DNA from: an uncultured Sulfolobales archaeon
Lineage (GTDB): Archaea; Thermoproteota; Thermoprotei_A; Sulfolobales; NBVN01
Reading direction: 5' to 3'
DNA: 64,000 nucleotides
NCBI GenBank assembly: GCA_938017505.1
Contig: CALIKV010000002.1
Span: 12,742 to 76,741 of the forward strand
The translations under genes and the position numbers were made by a program. Every line of letters begins with the position of its first letter. Within the stretch, counting starts at the first letter, position 1. The notes below the pieces were generated by a model. The model ran no database searches, was not told the DNA's origin, and saw only the letters and a program-made list of their open reading frames with translations. Shown piece by piece: positions 20,241 to 28,529 of this stretch.

Positions 20241-20306
20241 GCACGTGAAGCGTTAATCAAGACCTCGTTACACGCGTTCGTTATTATGTATATAGTCGCT
20301 TTTAAG

Positions 20307-20331
20307 TTATAATATATATTATATATTATAA
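20307..20331. promoter_or_regulatory. AT-rich palindrome TTATAATATATA-T-TATATATTATAA
   Basis: Perfect 12-bp arms with a 1-nt centre, ~50 bp upstream of ORF 20380. Confidence 0.4.
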
Positions 20332-20379
20332 GGAATTTAATGGGAGATCAAGCAATACATTAGGATGTGATGACGCGTT

Positions 20380-20730
20380 ATGCCAGTCACGCCTTCGCGA
20401 ATAAGCAGAGATGAGTTGATATCCTACTTAACATCCTACTCCTCCAGGGTCATGCCAGGGTTCCTCAACATACTTAACAAGCTTTTCACTAAGCAGTTCG
20501 GCACTGACATGATCGATCTTTTCTTGAACGACCCCCCCAAAGTCTACAACACGTTGCTGAACATGTACGGGAATGAGGATACCGCGACCTTAATCATAGC
20601 TTACCTTTTGGTTAAACCCATACTCATCAGGCTTGAGAGGCTTGACCTCATGGATAAGGCGATAGCGCTCGCTACCAAGGACCCAGACGGCTTCAAGAAA
20701 CTACTTAGATCACTGGATGTGGATCTATGA
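20380..20730 (+). CDS. Small helical protein (DUF3227/NitrOD5-like)
   Basis: PGFLNIL...DLFLNDPPKVYNTLLNMYGNEDTA pattern; family assignment from recollection. Confidence 0.65.
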   Translation: MPVTPSRISRDELISYLTSYSSRVMPGFLNILNKLFTKQFGTDMIDLFLNDPPKVYNTLLNMYGNEDTATLIIAYLLVKPILIRLERLDLMDKAIALATKDPDGFKKLLRSLDVDL

Positions 20731-20759
20731 CGGGACGGATTGTTGAACGCGATGCCGTT

Positions 20760-21176
20760 TTAACACTCAACAGTCGCCTTATTACCCACCCCCTCCTCCA
20801 CGGTCACGATTACTCGTTGGCTTATGTACGATTTCTTCAATTCACTACATATGTGAGTAGCCACGCATTCAGCCGTAACTAGAGTGCAGTCAAGGTCCTT
20901 CAGCTTAAGCGTGAAGGGCGCGTTGAACGTTATCTTCGTTAAGTCCTGTCTGGGAACTAGGAATGAGTAGTTGAAGCTCTTTATTAACTCCTCTGTAAAC
21001 TTCCTCAGCTCAATGAAATCAACGACCCAGAGAGGACCTGAAGGACCTTCTACGCAGACACTGACGCCGAATGTATGACCGTGAAGAAGCAGCTCCCCGT
21101 TCACTGGCGTGTAGTGAGCGGCGTTAAAATTCAAACCAGTGACGCAGTCCTTAATTAACCTCCCCTTTAAATTCAC
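20760..21176 (-). CDS. 6-pyruvoyl-tetrahydropterin synthase/QueD-like T-fold protein
   Basis: FNAAH, LHGHTF, VVDF, TAE; lacks the Cys normally upstream of HGH. Confidence 0.8.
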   Translation of the reverse strand: MNLKGRLIKDCVTGLNFNAAHYTPVNGELLLHGHTFGVSVCVEGPSGPLWVVDFIELRKFTEELIKSFNYSFLVPRQDLTKITFNAPFTLKLKDLDCTLVTAECVATHICSELKKSYISQRVIVTVEEGVGNKATVEC

Positions 21177-22254
21177 CGAAGATCCTCCTCAACTCATCGA
21201 CGTTCCACGACATTTTAGGCACGTACTCCACCCACCGCTTGTAGGGTAGGGTGAATTTCTTACCGAACTCCACGTTCAGAAGCCACATCTTATCCTTAAG
21301 AACCTCAAATCCGTATTCCCTCCCAGCACCCTCCAGAAACTCGACGAGGTATTTAACCATGGAGAATGGAATGACGAACTGGACTAAGCCTAGTCCCTGA
21401 TCCCTCCTGTAGCCGCAGGAAGCAACTGTTGGGTGTGTGGTCAGCGCCTCACATAAGCCCTTAATGACGGCAACGTCCCTAGATTTAACGCTGATGAGGA
21501 GGGACGTTCCCAGGGCCGCAGTGTAGATAGGGAGGGACATAAGTCTAATCCCCCTAATCAAGTAAGGCACGTGGTTCCTGGCATGCCTCCGTAGTTTCCC
21601 TACGGAGATGCCTAAAGCCTTAGCTACATCAACCTGCTTGACGAACGCGTCCTTCTCCAGCTCTTTAATAATACCAAGGTCTAAGGAGTCGAAAAACGTT
21701 TTCCCTATTTCCCTCCCCGACTCAGCCTCTTTACCCCGTGACTCAGTTATTACGTCCCCCACGAACTTCTTCAGCTTCCGGAAGGACTCCGTGCTGAATC
21801 CGCTCTCCGGCGAGAACGCCGACTCAATGCCGTATGTAGTGAAGGAGGTCTTATTCCTTAGCCTCTCATGGAACTCCATGACGACGGAGTTCTCAAGAGA
21901 CTTCAACGAGGCCGATAGATCTTCCATGTCCGTCGGTATGTAGAGAGAGTAGAAGCGCTTGTCAGGGAAAGCATACACCATCGCTCTAACGAACTTCATG
22001 AATTTGACTGAGGGTTCGGCGAGAAGGTCTTTATCCGTTATGATCACCACTAACTTAAGTCCCAGATTGCTCAGGGAGTAATCGACGGTGAAGTAGAAAT
22101 AGCTAGCTTTCAGCAGAGTGTTTATCCTAACTAGGGTGGATCTTAGATCCTCCCCCAGCAACTCAGCTAGCTCCTTAGCTATCTGGAACTTCCCAACAGT
22201 CCTTATCCCGTAGAGAGCCTCCAGGAATTCAGGCGTAATTAATTTCATGCCCAA
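21151..22254 (-). CDS. Double-HTH Lrp/AsnC-like transcriptional regulator
   Basis: N-terminal HTH plus VDYSLSNLGL linker; second HTH DSLDLGIIKELEKDAFVKQVDVAKALGIS. Confidence 0.72.
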   Translation of the reverse strand: MGMKLITPEFLEALYGIRTVGKFQIAKELAELLGEDLRSTLVRINTLLKASYFYFTVDYSLSNLGLKLVVIITDKDLLAEPSVKFMKFVRAMVYAFPDKRFYSLYIPTDMEDLSASLKSLENSVVMEFHERLRNKTSFTTYGIESAFSPESGFSTESFRKLKKFVGDVITESRGKEAESGREIGKTFFDSLDLGIIKELEKDAFVKQVDVAKALGISVGKLRRHARNHVPYLIRGIRLMSLPIYTAALGTSLLISVKSRDVAVIKGLCEALTTHPTVASCGYRRDQGLGLVQFVIPFSMVKYLVEFLEGAGREYGFEVLKDKMWLLNVEFGKKFTLPYKRWVEYVPKMSWNVDELRRIFGEFKGEVN

Positions 22255-22405
22255 CGACCGTGAGTTGGTTGATTTACCTCACTACAATAACTACAGCCTT
22301 AATTCTTATAAGGAGTTATGTGCATCAGCTACCATAACATGTTTTGTATATTATGAGAGTAAAGTTGAAGTTCTCTATTGCCGTTTATTTATCGGTGAAT
22401 ACATA

Positions 22406-22570
22406 GTGAAACCTGAAACAACCGTTAGGTTAGTTGAAATACTTGAGACCCTTAACAAGAATAGAAAGCTACTGTACGTAGCCGCGATCCTAGCTATAGC
22501 TCTAGCTAAGACCAAATTTGACGTGGGCATCCTCGGCGACGAGAACCCGCGTGATTGGGCCGTTCTCTAA
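22406..22570 (+). CDS. 54-aa peptide with a basic-hydrophobic leader and a GDENPRDWAVL tail
   Basis: GGTGA SD at 22394-22398, GTG start; sequence MKPETTVRLVEILETLNKNRKLLYVAAILAIALAKTKFDVGILGDENPRDWAVL. Confidence 0.7.
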   Translation: MKPETTVRLVEILETLNKNRKLLYVAAILAIALAKTKFDVGILGDENPRDWAVL

Positions 22571-22578
22571 GCTTAATC

Positions 22579-22803
22579 TCAGTTTTTAACCCTACTTAAT
22601 AGTAGTCTCGGTATTTCTTCGTTCTGATATATCTTCAGTAAAAGAGTCTTTAACGCTTCCTCCGCCGAACCGTTGTTTGACTCCAGCACTATTGTATCAA
22701 GGTCCTTCCCGTACGTCATCCTTGACATCGCGTTTAACATTGGAAGGAGACCTGGCACCACATTCTTCAACTCATTAAGGTTTATCCTACGACCCACTAC
22801 CAC
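22579..22803 (-). CDS. Small helical protein paralogous to 20380..20730
   Basis: VVPGLLPMLN..TYGKDL and LLKIYQNEE align with VMPGFLNILN..QFGTDM and LLNMYGNED. Confidence 0.65.
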   Translation of the reverse strand: MVVGRRINLNELKNVVPGLLPMLNAMSRMTYGKDLDTIVLESNNGSAEEALKTLLLKIYQNEEIPRLLLSRVKN

Positions 22804-22918
22804 ACCCCCAATAAGCTATACAGTAGTTAACGGCTTGTACGTTAGTGCGGGCTAGTAGGTAGTTTCATTGACAGTAAAGTTTATAATCCTTTTTAACATT
22901 AATTTTTTGTATAATTGA

Positions 22919-23419
22919 TTATGACCTACTGCTTTCCACGACCTTCCGCAGGACCATGAAGGTCTCAGTTGACTGTATCTCCTCTATTGAGGGTAGGTAC
23001 TTGAGTAGGTATCTTGAGAGTTCCTCCCAGTTCCTCACCCAGACCCTGAGGATTATGTCATACGCGCCAGTCACTATCACAGCTTCCTCCACGTAGGGTA
23101 GCTCCTCATTGTTCCTGGACTCACTAACCAGTTTGTTCGCTAGCTCAAGCTGGTCTAGCTTACCGATCAATCCCTTCCTGACTTTAACTGCTATGTACGC
23201 GTAGTAGTTATACCCTAGCGTCTCAGGCCTCACGCTAACTGTATACGCCTGTATAACACCGACGTCCTCGAGCTTCTTTATCCTCTGCACGACAGTGGTC
23301 CTAGGTCTCCCTAGCTTCCTAGCTATCTCGCTTGACTTCAGTCTCGAGTTCTTCTTCAGCAGCTCTATTATGCTTAGGTCTAGCTGGTCGATATCCGGTT
23401 TACTCCTTCTCACGTTCAT
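22919..23419 (-). CDS. Lrp/AsnC family transcriptional regulator
   Basis: DQLDLSIIELLKKNSR HTH, VTGAYDIIL, STETFMVL; ATGA overlap with the upstream gene. Confidence 0.92.
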   Translation of the reverse strand: MNVRRSKPDIDQLDLSIIELLKKNSRLKSSEIARKLGRPRTTVVQRIKKLEDVGVIQAYTVSVRPETLGYNYYAYIAVKVRKGLIGKLDQLELANKLVSESRNNEELPYVEEAVIVTGAYDIILRVWVRNWEELSRYLLKYLPSIEEIQSTETFMVLRKVVESSRS

Positions 23420-24672
23420 GGAGCCTCCACTACTCCGGGGGGCTTCGGGAACGGTGACGCTTCCCATATATACTTCAGCCTGAGTAAATATCTCGTGTAC
23501 CTCTCAACCCCAAGCCCGAAGCCTGCTGACGGGGCTATACCCGCCCTCACAGCGTCAAGGAACCAGGAATACTTGCTTATATCCTCCTTCAGCTCCTTCA
23601 ACCTCTTCACAATGAACTCATACCTATACTCCCTCTCACCGCCGTCTACGAGCTCCCCGAACCCATCAGGTAATATTAAGTTGAAGTCCCTGTTCTTACC
23701 TGCCTCCACTTCATCCAGCATGTAGTAGAAACCCCTACTCGCTGAAGGGAACTTAACCAGCCAGAAAGGCCTTCCAATCTCCACGCTTAAACGCTCCTCA
23801 GCTTCCTGAGGCAGTTCCTCCCTCTCACCGAAGTTGAAGCCGTGTTTCCTGACCCTCTCTACGGCCTCGCTGAACGTCATTCTCTCGTACGGTGGTTTAG
23901 GGCACTTCAGACCCGGGTTGAACTCGCCAACCACGTCCCCGGCCTCGCTGATCACGTCCTCGCAAGACTCGTAGACAAGCTTCTCGCCAAGCCTCATCAC
24001 ATCGTACATCGAAGCCCCCGCCCACTCTAAGTCCAGTTGAGTGAACTCTATTAAATGTCTTCCGGTCCTGAGGTTGTCAGGAGGCTCCTCCCTCACGTTC
24101 CTTGCGACGAAGTACATCTTCCCCAAGACCGACGCGATAACCTGCTTATACATTATAGTGCTTGAGGATAGTTCATAGGGCTTGTCATAAACAAGCGCCG
24201 TGACCTTCCTAGCCCCTCTTAAACCCGGATCACTAGCCACGCTTAAGACAGGCGGCAGTAGCTCGGTGAAGCCCTCAGAATCCAGGATATCCCTTAAACT
24301 CCTCAACAGTAGATGTTGAAACTTAATGACCTTTAAGTACCTCGGCGCCCTCACCCATACGTAGAAGTGCCTGGCAAACGAATCAGGCCTCGACGGGTCC
24401 AGGGCGGTGCAGCTTAAGGGTCTCTCACCAACGTTAAGAACCTCCACCACCCGGCCTTCAACCCCGTCAGAGAGCCTGACCTTAAGAAACACATCCCTGC
24501 CTGACCTAACCGCCTCTGAGACATAGCTACTCTGAAGCGAGTTGTCCAGCCTAACATCGATCAACTCGCCGCCAACACTAACCCGGATTAAGTGCTCGTC
24601 AACTACGTCAAGAACCCTCCCGACAACGAACCTGTCCGAACCCCCCGTCATCACCACCTGCAATGCCTCCAA
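23416..24672 (-). CDS. Archaeal asparagine synthetase A (AsnRS/AspRS-like catalytic domain)
   Basis: Class IIb motifs RNVREE, HLIEFTQLDLE, GGEREY, SAGFGLGVER; SDPGLRGA. Confidence 0.8.
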   Translation of the reverse strand: MEALQVVMTGGSDRFVVGRVLDVVDEHLIRVSVGGELIDVRLDNSLQSSYVSEAVRSGRDVFLKVRLSDGVEGRVVEVLNVGERPLSCTALDPSRPDSFARHFYVWVRAPRYLKVIKFQHLLLRSLRDILDSEGFTELLPPVLSVASDPGLRGARKVTALVYDKPYELSSSTIMYKQVIASVLGKMYFVARNVREEPPDNLRTGRHLIEFTQLDLEWAGASMYDVMRLGEKLVYESCEDVISEAGDVVGEFNPGLKCPKPPYERMTFSEAVERVRKHGFNFGEREELPQEAEERLSVEIGRPFWLVKFPSASRGFYYMLDEVEAGKNRDFNLILPDGFGELVDGGEREYRYEFIVKRLKELKEDISKYSWFLDAVRAGIAPSAGFGLGVERYTRYLLRLKYIWEASPFPKPPGVVEAP

Positions 24673-24877
24673 GGCTGAAGCAATTTAAGCACTCGAGTTA
24701 TAACGACCATTTAATCGAAAACCAAACATACTTAACATCGAACCAATAGTATGTAAATACCAAAATGACTTTCAATTCCACTACTAAAAAGACGCTCCGT
24801 CATATGAAGTCTAGTTTTGTATAATAATGATTAGACGCGTAAGACCTCTGTTAATTGAGGTGGTGAGGGATAAGCTG

Positions 24878-24954
24878 TGGAGCCGCCGCCGGGAATTGAA
24901 CCCGGGACCTCTGCCTTACCAGGGCAGCGCTCCACCAGGCTGAGCTACGGCGGC
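24878..24954 (-). tRNA. tRNA-Thr(GGT), CCA encoded
   Basis: Reverse complement GCCGCCG...CTGCC-CT-GGT-AA-GGCAG...CGGCGGC-T-CCA. Confidence 0.97.
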
Positions 24955-25208
24955 GCTTAAATCCATTTGTTTATAACTCTGAGGTATTTAAATCTCAGGC
25001 CCTGAGGGGTTCAGCCCTTGCGTTGTTTAGGGTTGCTTGATGAGGGCTCCCACGAGAGTGGCCACGGCCTCAAGGAGTGGGTTTTGAGGCGTAGGCAAGT
25101 CGTGATGACCGCTCAAGCCTTGTCCTTCAGCGCGGGAAGCGTGGTCTCAGGCTGTAGAGTTAGTTACGTAGGTTTGCGTTAAGGTTTAGGAGCCTGGTTA
25201 CCTCCATG

Positions 25209-25336
25209 TGGTGGGCCCGGGGGGACTTGAACCCCCGACCTACGGGTCTCGCCAAGACTTTTCCTATCATCCCTTTCGGTCCTTAGACCCGTAGAGGACT
25301 GGAGCCCGCCGCTCTGCCTAGCTGAGCTACGGGCCC
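25209..25336 (-). tRNA. tRNA-Trp(CCA) with a 51-nt intron at 37/38 (25248..25298)
   Basis: GCGGG-CT-CCA-G[intron]A-CCCGT anticodon arm; acceptor GGGCCCG/CGGGCCC-ACCA. Confidence 0.93.
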
Positions 25337-25404
25337 ACCTCCGCCAATTATTATGGAGTACTGGAGTTTTTAAATATCTGCTGCGATTTCCTCTAGGGAT
25401 TGTC

Positions 25405-25557
25405 TTGAGTCCTTGGAGGTTGAGGTGTAGGGGGTGCAATACGGAATGGATCCTTAACGTCAGCTACGACCTCAGTGATTTCACTCAATTGTACCACTAT
25501 TGCAGGGTATGCGGTAAGAACACTTACCACGACGTCTTAGGCCCTTCGAGGAGTTAA
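25405..25557 (+). CDS. 50-aa zinc-ribbon protein absent from the ORF track
   Basis: MSPWRLRCRGCNTEWILNVSYDLSDFTQLYHYCRVCGKNTYHDVLGPSRS; two CxxC; upstream TTTTTAAATA box. Confidence 0.75.
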   Translation: MSPWRLRCRGCNTEWILNVSYDLSDFTQLYHYCRVCGKNTYHDVLGPSRS

Positions 25558-25646
25558 GATAACGCCTGCGGCCCGCTGAGTCTCCCGTTCAACTGTGTAG
25601 GGCTCACACCTCCTCATAATCCGTAGTGCTTTCAGTTGATTCGAAT

Positions 25647-27431
25647 TTACATGCCCTGAGGGCTTGTGAGAGGCTGATTCACTAGTTGTTTAAGCTGATA
25701 CTCCAGGAAATCCGCGAACTCCTCTACGGTCATTGACCTCTGGATGCCTGTGCGACGCTCCCTCACGTTGACGGTGTTCGTTTCCCTCTCCCTCTCACCA
25801 ACCACCACTATGTAGGGTATCCACTCCACACCAGCGTCACGGATCCTCCTCCCAAGACTGACCTCCCTGCAGTCAACGTTCACGCGGACGCCTATCCGCG
25901 TTAGTCTCTCAGCTACTTGGTTGGCATATGTGATTAGCTCACGGTTAAGCGGGATGATCCTGACTTGAGTGGGCATCGTAAATACTGGTAGGTAGGGAGT
26001 CTTGCCGGAAGTCTCCAGCCTCAGCGCTCTGTCGATAAGAGCGTACATCAACACCTCAGACGGGCCTGCTAACTCTGATGAGAGCACCGCGGCATACCTA
26101 GACCTAACAACCGAGTCCTCGATATCCATACTCATAGAGGTTCTTGTGACTAGAGTCGCTGTGTTTCTCGAGTCGATGTAATAGAGCTCCACCGACAGTT
26201 CCCACGGGCCCTCCCCTCCAACAACTATCACGACCTCGTTGAACGCCTTGCCGAGGGCCCTGCCCACGGGCTCCCATAAACCCTCATTGTACCTCCTTAG
26301 AGAGACTCTGATGACCGGTATTAGATGTTCTCTTAGCTCAAGGGCATCAAGCACGTTAAGTATGTGTTCAGTTAACTCTAACATTAATGGGATGGACTCC
26401 TCGGCCTTCTTAAGGAAGGCCGTCAGCTGAGGCTTCCTCACGCTGCTTAAGGAGCTTCTAAAGTCGCTTGCCCTAGCTGCTTTAACCACGGCAGCCACCT
26501 CATACAAGTAGTAGGACCGGTTCTCACCAGCTATACTCAACTCGCCGGCCATCTCAACGTGGTTGAGGGCCACGTCACTACTTACGCAGTACTTGAGACC
26601 CTTCCCATCAATGAAACAGATAGAATCGCCCTCACTACTTGCTTCGGCAGCGTAACCACACGTTACGGCCTTTAAGCCGTGTAAATTAGAGACACCCCCA
26701 GCCCTCCTCAGGATCAACTCACTTAGGTTCACTAGTGCTTCGTCAATGCAGACGCCCTGCCCTAACCTGTAAAGCCTTATCCCCGACCCGTCCTTAACGA
26801 GTCTGAAAGAGAACTTCTTGAAGAGATCATTAACACCTTCGTCAGGTCTCCACTCATCGAGCACCCCCTCGCTTAAACACATACAACTGCGGAGCACGCT
26901 CTCAAGTCCCCTAGGGTATTCCCTACTAGGACTCACCGCGGTTAAGTCACCCTCCTTGCTCATGACGTAACATTCGCTGGTCCCTCCTCTCACAGCAGGC
27001 AGTACCTCAGGCCTGTATTCTCTCGAGAGCTCTGAGAGGGGGTGTCCGTAACAGTTGATGGTGAATTGCTTGTACCAGCCGAAAGGAAGTCTGAGGATCG
27101 ACGCTTCTTTAATGGCCTCACGCGTTCTGGTCTCCAGCACGCCTAACACTCCCAAGGCCTCCTCAGGCCTTGCGAGGTTTCTAGATAGGTGGGCGTACGG
27201 ATAAAGAACAACGGATGAAGGTCTCAACCTCCCTACTAGGGCTTTAACATCGTCGACGAACTTAACGCTTATCTGGTCAACTCCTGATAGATCACCTTCC
27301 TCGACGCTGATGAACACGACTAACGCGTTCTTAACACTGACCTGCTGCTCAACAGCTTCCTCAGCCTCCTTAACGGCCTTCTCAGTCACCCTCGAGGAGA
27401 ACTCCTCAGCGTGTATAACCAATACTTTCAC
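25647..27431 (-). CDS. Threonyl-tRNA synthetase editing protein (ThrRS-ed) with a degenerate catalytic domain
   Basis: Archaeal editing domain (YPYAHLS, PFGWYK, GHPLSELSR) and anticodon domain (PTQVRIIP, WIPYIVVVGERE); class II catalytic motifs degenerate. Confidence 0.85.
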   Translation of the reverse strand: MKVLVIHAEEFSSRVTEKAVKEAEEAVEQQVSVKNALVVFISVEEGDLSGVDQISVKFVDDVKALVGRLRPSSVVLYPYAHLSRNLARPEEALGVLGVLETRTREAIKEASILRLPFGWYKQFTINCYGHPLSELSREYRPEVLPAVRGGTSECYVMSKEGDLTAVSPSREYPRGLESVLRSCMCLSEGVLDEWRPDEGVNDLFKKFSFRLVKDGSGIRLYRLGQGVCIDEALVNLSELILRRAGGVSNLHGLKAVTCGYAAEASSEGDSICFIDGKGLKYCVSSDVALNHVEMAGELSIAGENRSYYLYEVAAVVKAARASDFRSSLSSVRKPQLTAFLKKAEESIPLMLELTEHILNVLDALELREHLIPVIRVSLRRYNEGLWEPVGRALGKAFNEVVIVVGGEGPWELSVELYYIDSRNTATLVTRTSMSMDIEDSVVRSRYAAVLSSELAGPSEVLMYALIDRALRLETSGKTPYLPVFTMPTQVRIIPLNRELITYANQVAERLTRIGVRVNVDCREVSLGRRIRDAGVEWIPYIVVVGERERETNTVNVRERRTGIQRSMTVEEFADFLEYQLKQLVNQPLTSPQGM

Positions 27432-27555
27432 TCATCTCCCCATGAAATATGAGTACCTCGAAATAAATTATGTATGAAACGCATTGAAACTGGGTGGTGT
27501 TCTGGCTTGAGGTTATTTATAGCGTTGATAACGCATTAGAATTGGGTGTGTAGTA

Positions 27556-28524
27556 ATGGGCGAGTCCAAGCCTTCCAAGAAGATAGCGTCGCTGGAGGAT
27601 CTGGAACTCACGCCGACAGTCCTCTCTAAACTTATTGAGGCTGGCTATAAGACTCTTGAGGCTGTGGCAGCTGCGAACCCTGCTGAGCTGGCCAGCATAG
27701 CCGGGATACCGTTACCCACTGCGCAGAGGATAGTTCTTAAGGCCAGGGAGCTACTTGGTCTTAAGTTCAAGACCGCTCTGGAGCTGAGGGTTGAGCGGGC
27801 TAAGATAGGTAGGATAACCACGGGCTCCAGGAGTTTAGACGCCCTACTCGGCGGCGGCGTCGAGACTAAATCCATCACAGAGCTCTTCGGCGAGTACGGG
27901 ACCGGGAAGACTAACATATGTCATCAGCTCAGCGTCAACGTTCAGCTACCTGAGGATAATGGTGGTTTAGGGGGGAAGGCTCTCTACATAGATACTGAAG
28001 GTACCTTCAGGTGGGAGAGGATTGAGTCGATGGCGAAGAGCGTTGGCCTAGATCCGGAGATAGCCATGAGGAATATAATATGGGCTAGAGCCATAAATAG
28101 CGATCATCAAATATCGCTCGTTGACGAGGCCACTAATGAATTACTGCCCAACGAGAGCATTAGGTTACTCGTAATCGACTCCGTGATCAGCCACTTCAGG
28201 GCAGAGTATACCGGTAGGGAGTCTCTCGCCGTAAGACAGCAGAAGCTTAATAAACACCTCCATGACCTGGCAAGAATAGCCGAGGCTTTCGACATAGCGG
28301 TAGTGGTTACCAACCAGGTCATGGCGAGGCCTGACCTCTACTACGGGGACCCTACTCAGGCTGTGGGAGGGCATGTGTTAGCTCACGCACCCGGTGTTAG
28401 GATTCAATTGAGGAAAGGCAGAGGTAATAAGAGGATTGCAAGGGTTGTTGACGCACCACACCTCCCTGAAGGGGAGGCGGTCTTCGTTATTACTGAGGAG
28501 GGTATTAGGGACGCAGAGGAGTAG
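27556..28524 (+). CDS. radA: DNA repair and recombination protein RadA
   Basis: N-terminal HhH domain, [28 protein letters not shown]. Confidence 0.97.
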   Translation: MGESKPSKKIASLEDLELTPTVLSKLIEAGYKTLEAVAAANPAELASIAGIPLPTAQRIVLKARELLGLKFKTALELRVERAKIGRITTGSRSLDALLGGGVETKSITELFGEYGTGKTNICHQLSVNVQLPEDNGGLGGKALYIDTEGTFRWERIESMAKSVGLDPEIAMRNIIWARAINSDHQISLVDEATNELLPNESIRLLVIDSVISHFRAEYTGRESLAVRQQKLNKHLHDLARIAEAFDIAVVVTNQVMARPDLYYGDPTQAVGGHVLAHAPGVRIQLRKGRGNKRIARVVDAPHLPEGEAVFVITEEGIRDAEE

Positions 28525-28529
28525 GTAAG

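Noticed and set aside
22247..22405. N-terminal half of the 107-aa track ORF
   Set aside because: Spans the AT-rich divergent promoter and overlaps the regulator start; SD plus GTG at 22406 is the better start
25179..25439. 86-aa ORF on the minus strand
   Set aside because: Overlaps tRNA-Trp; spurious
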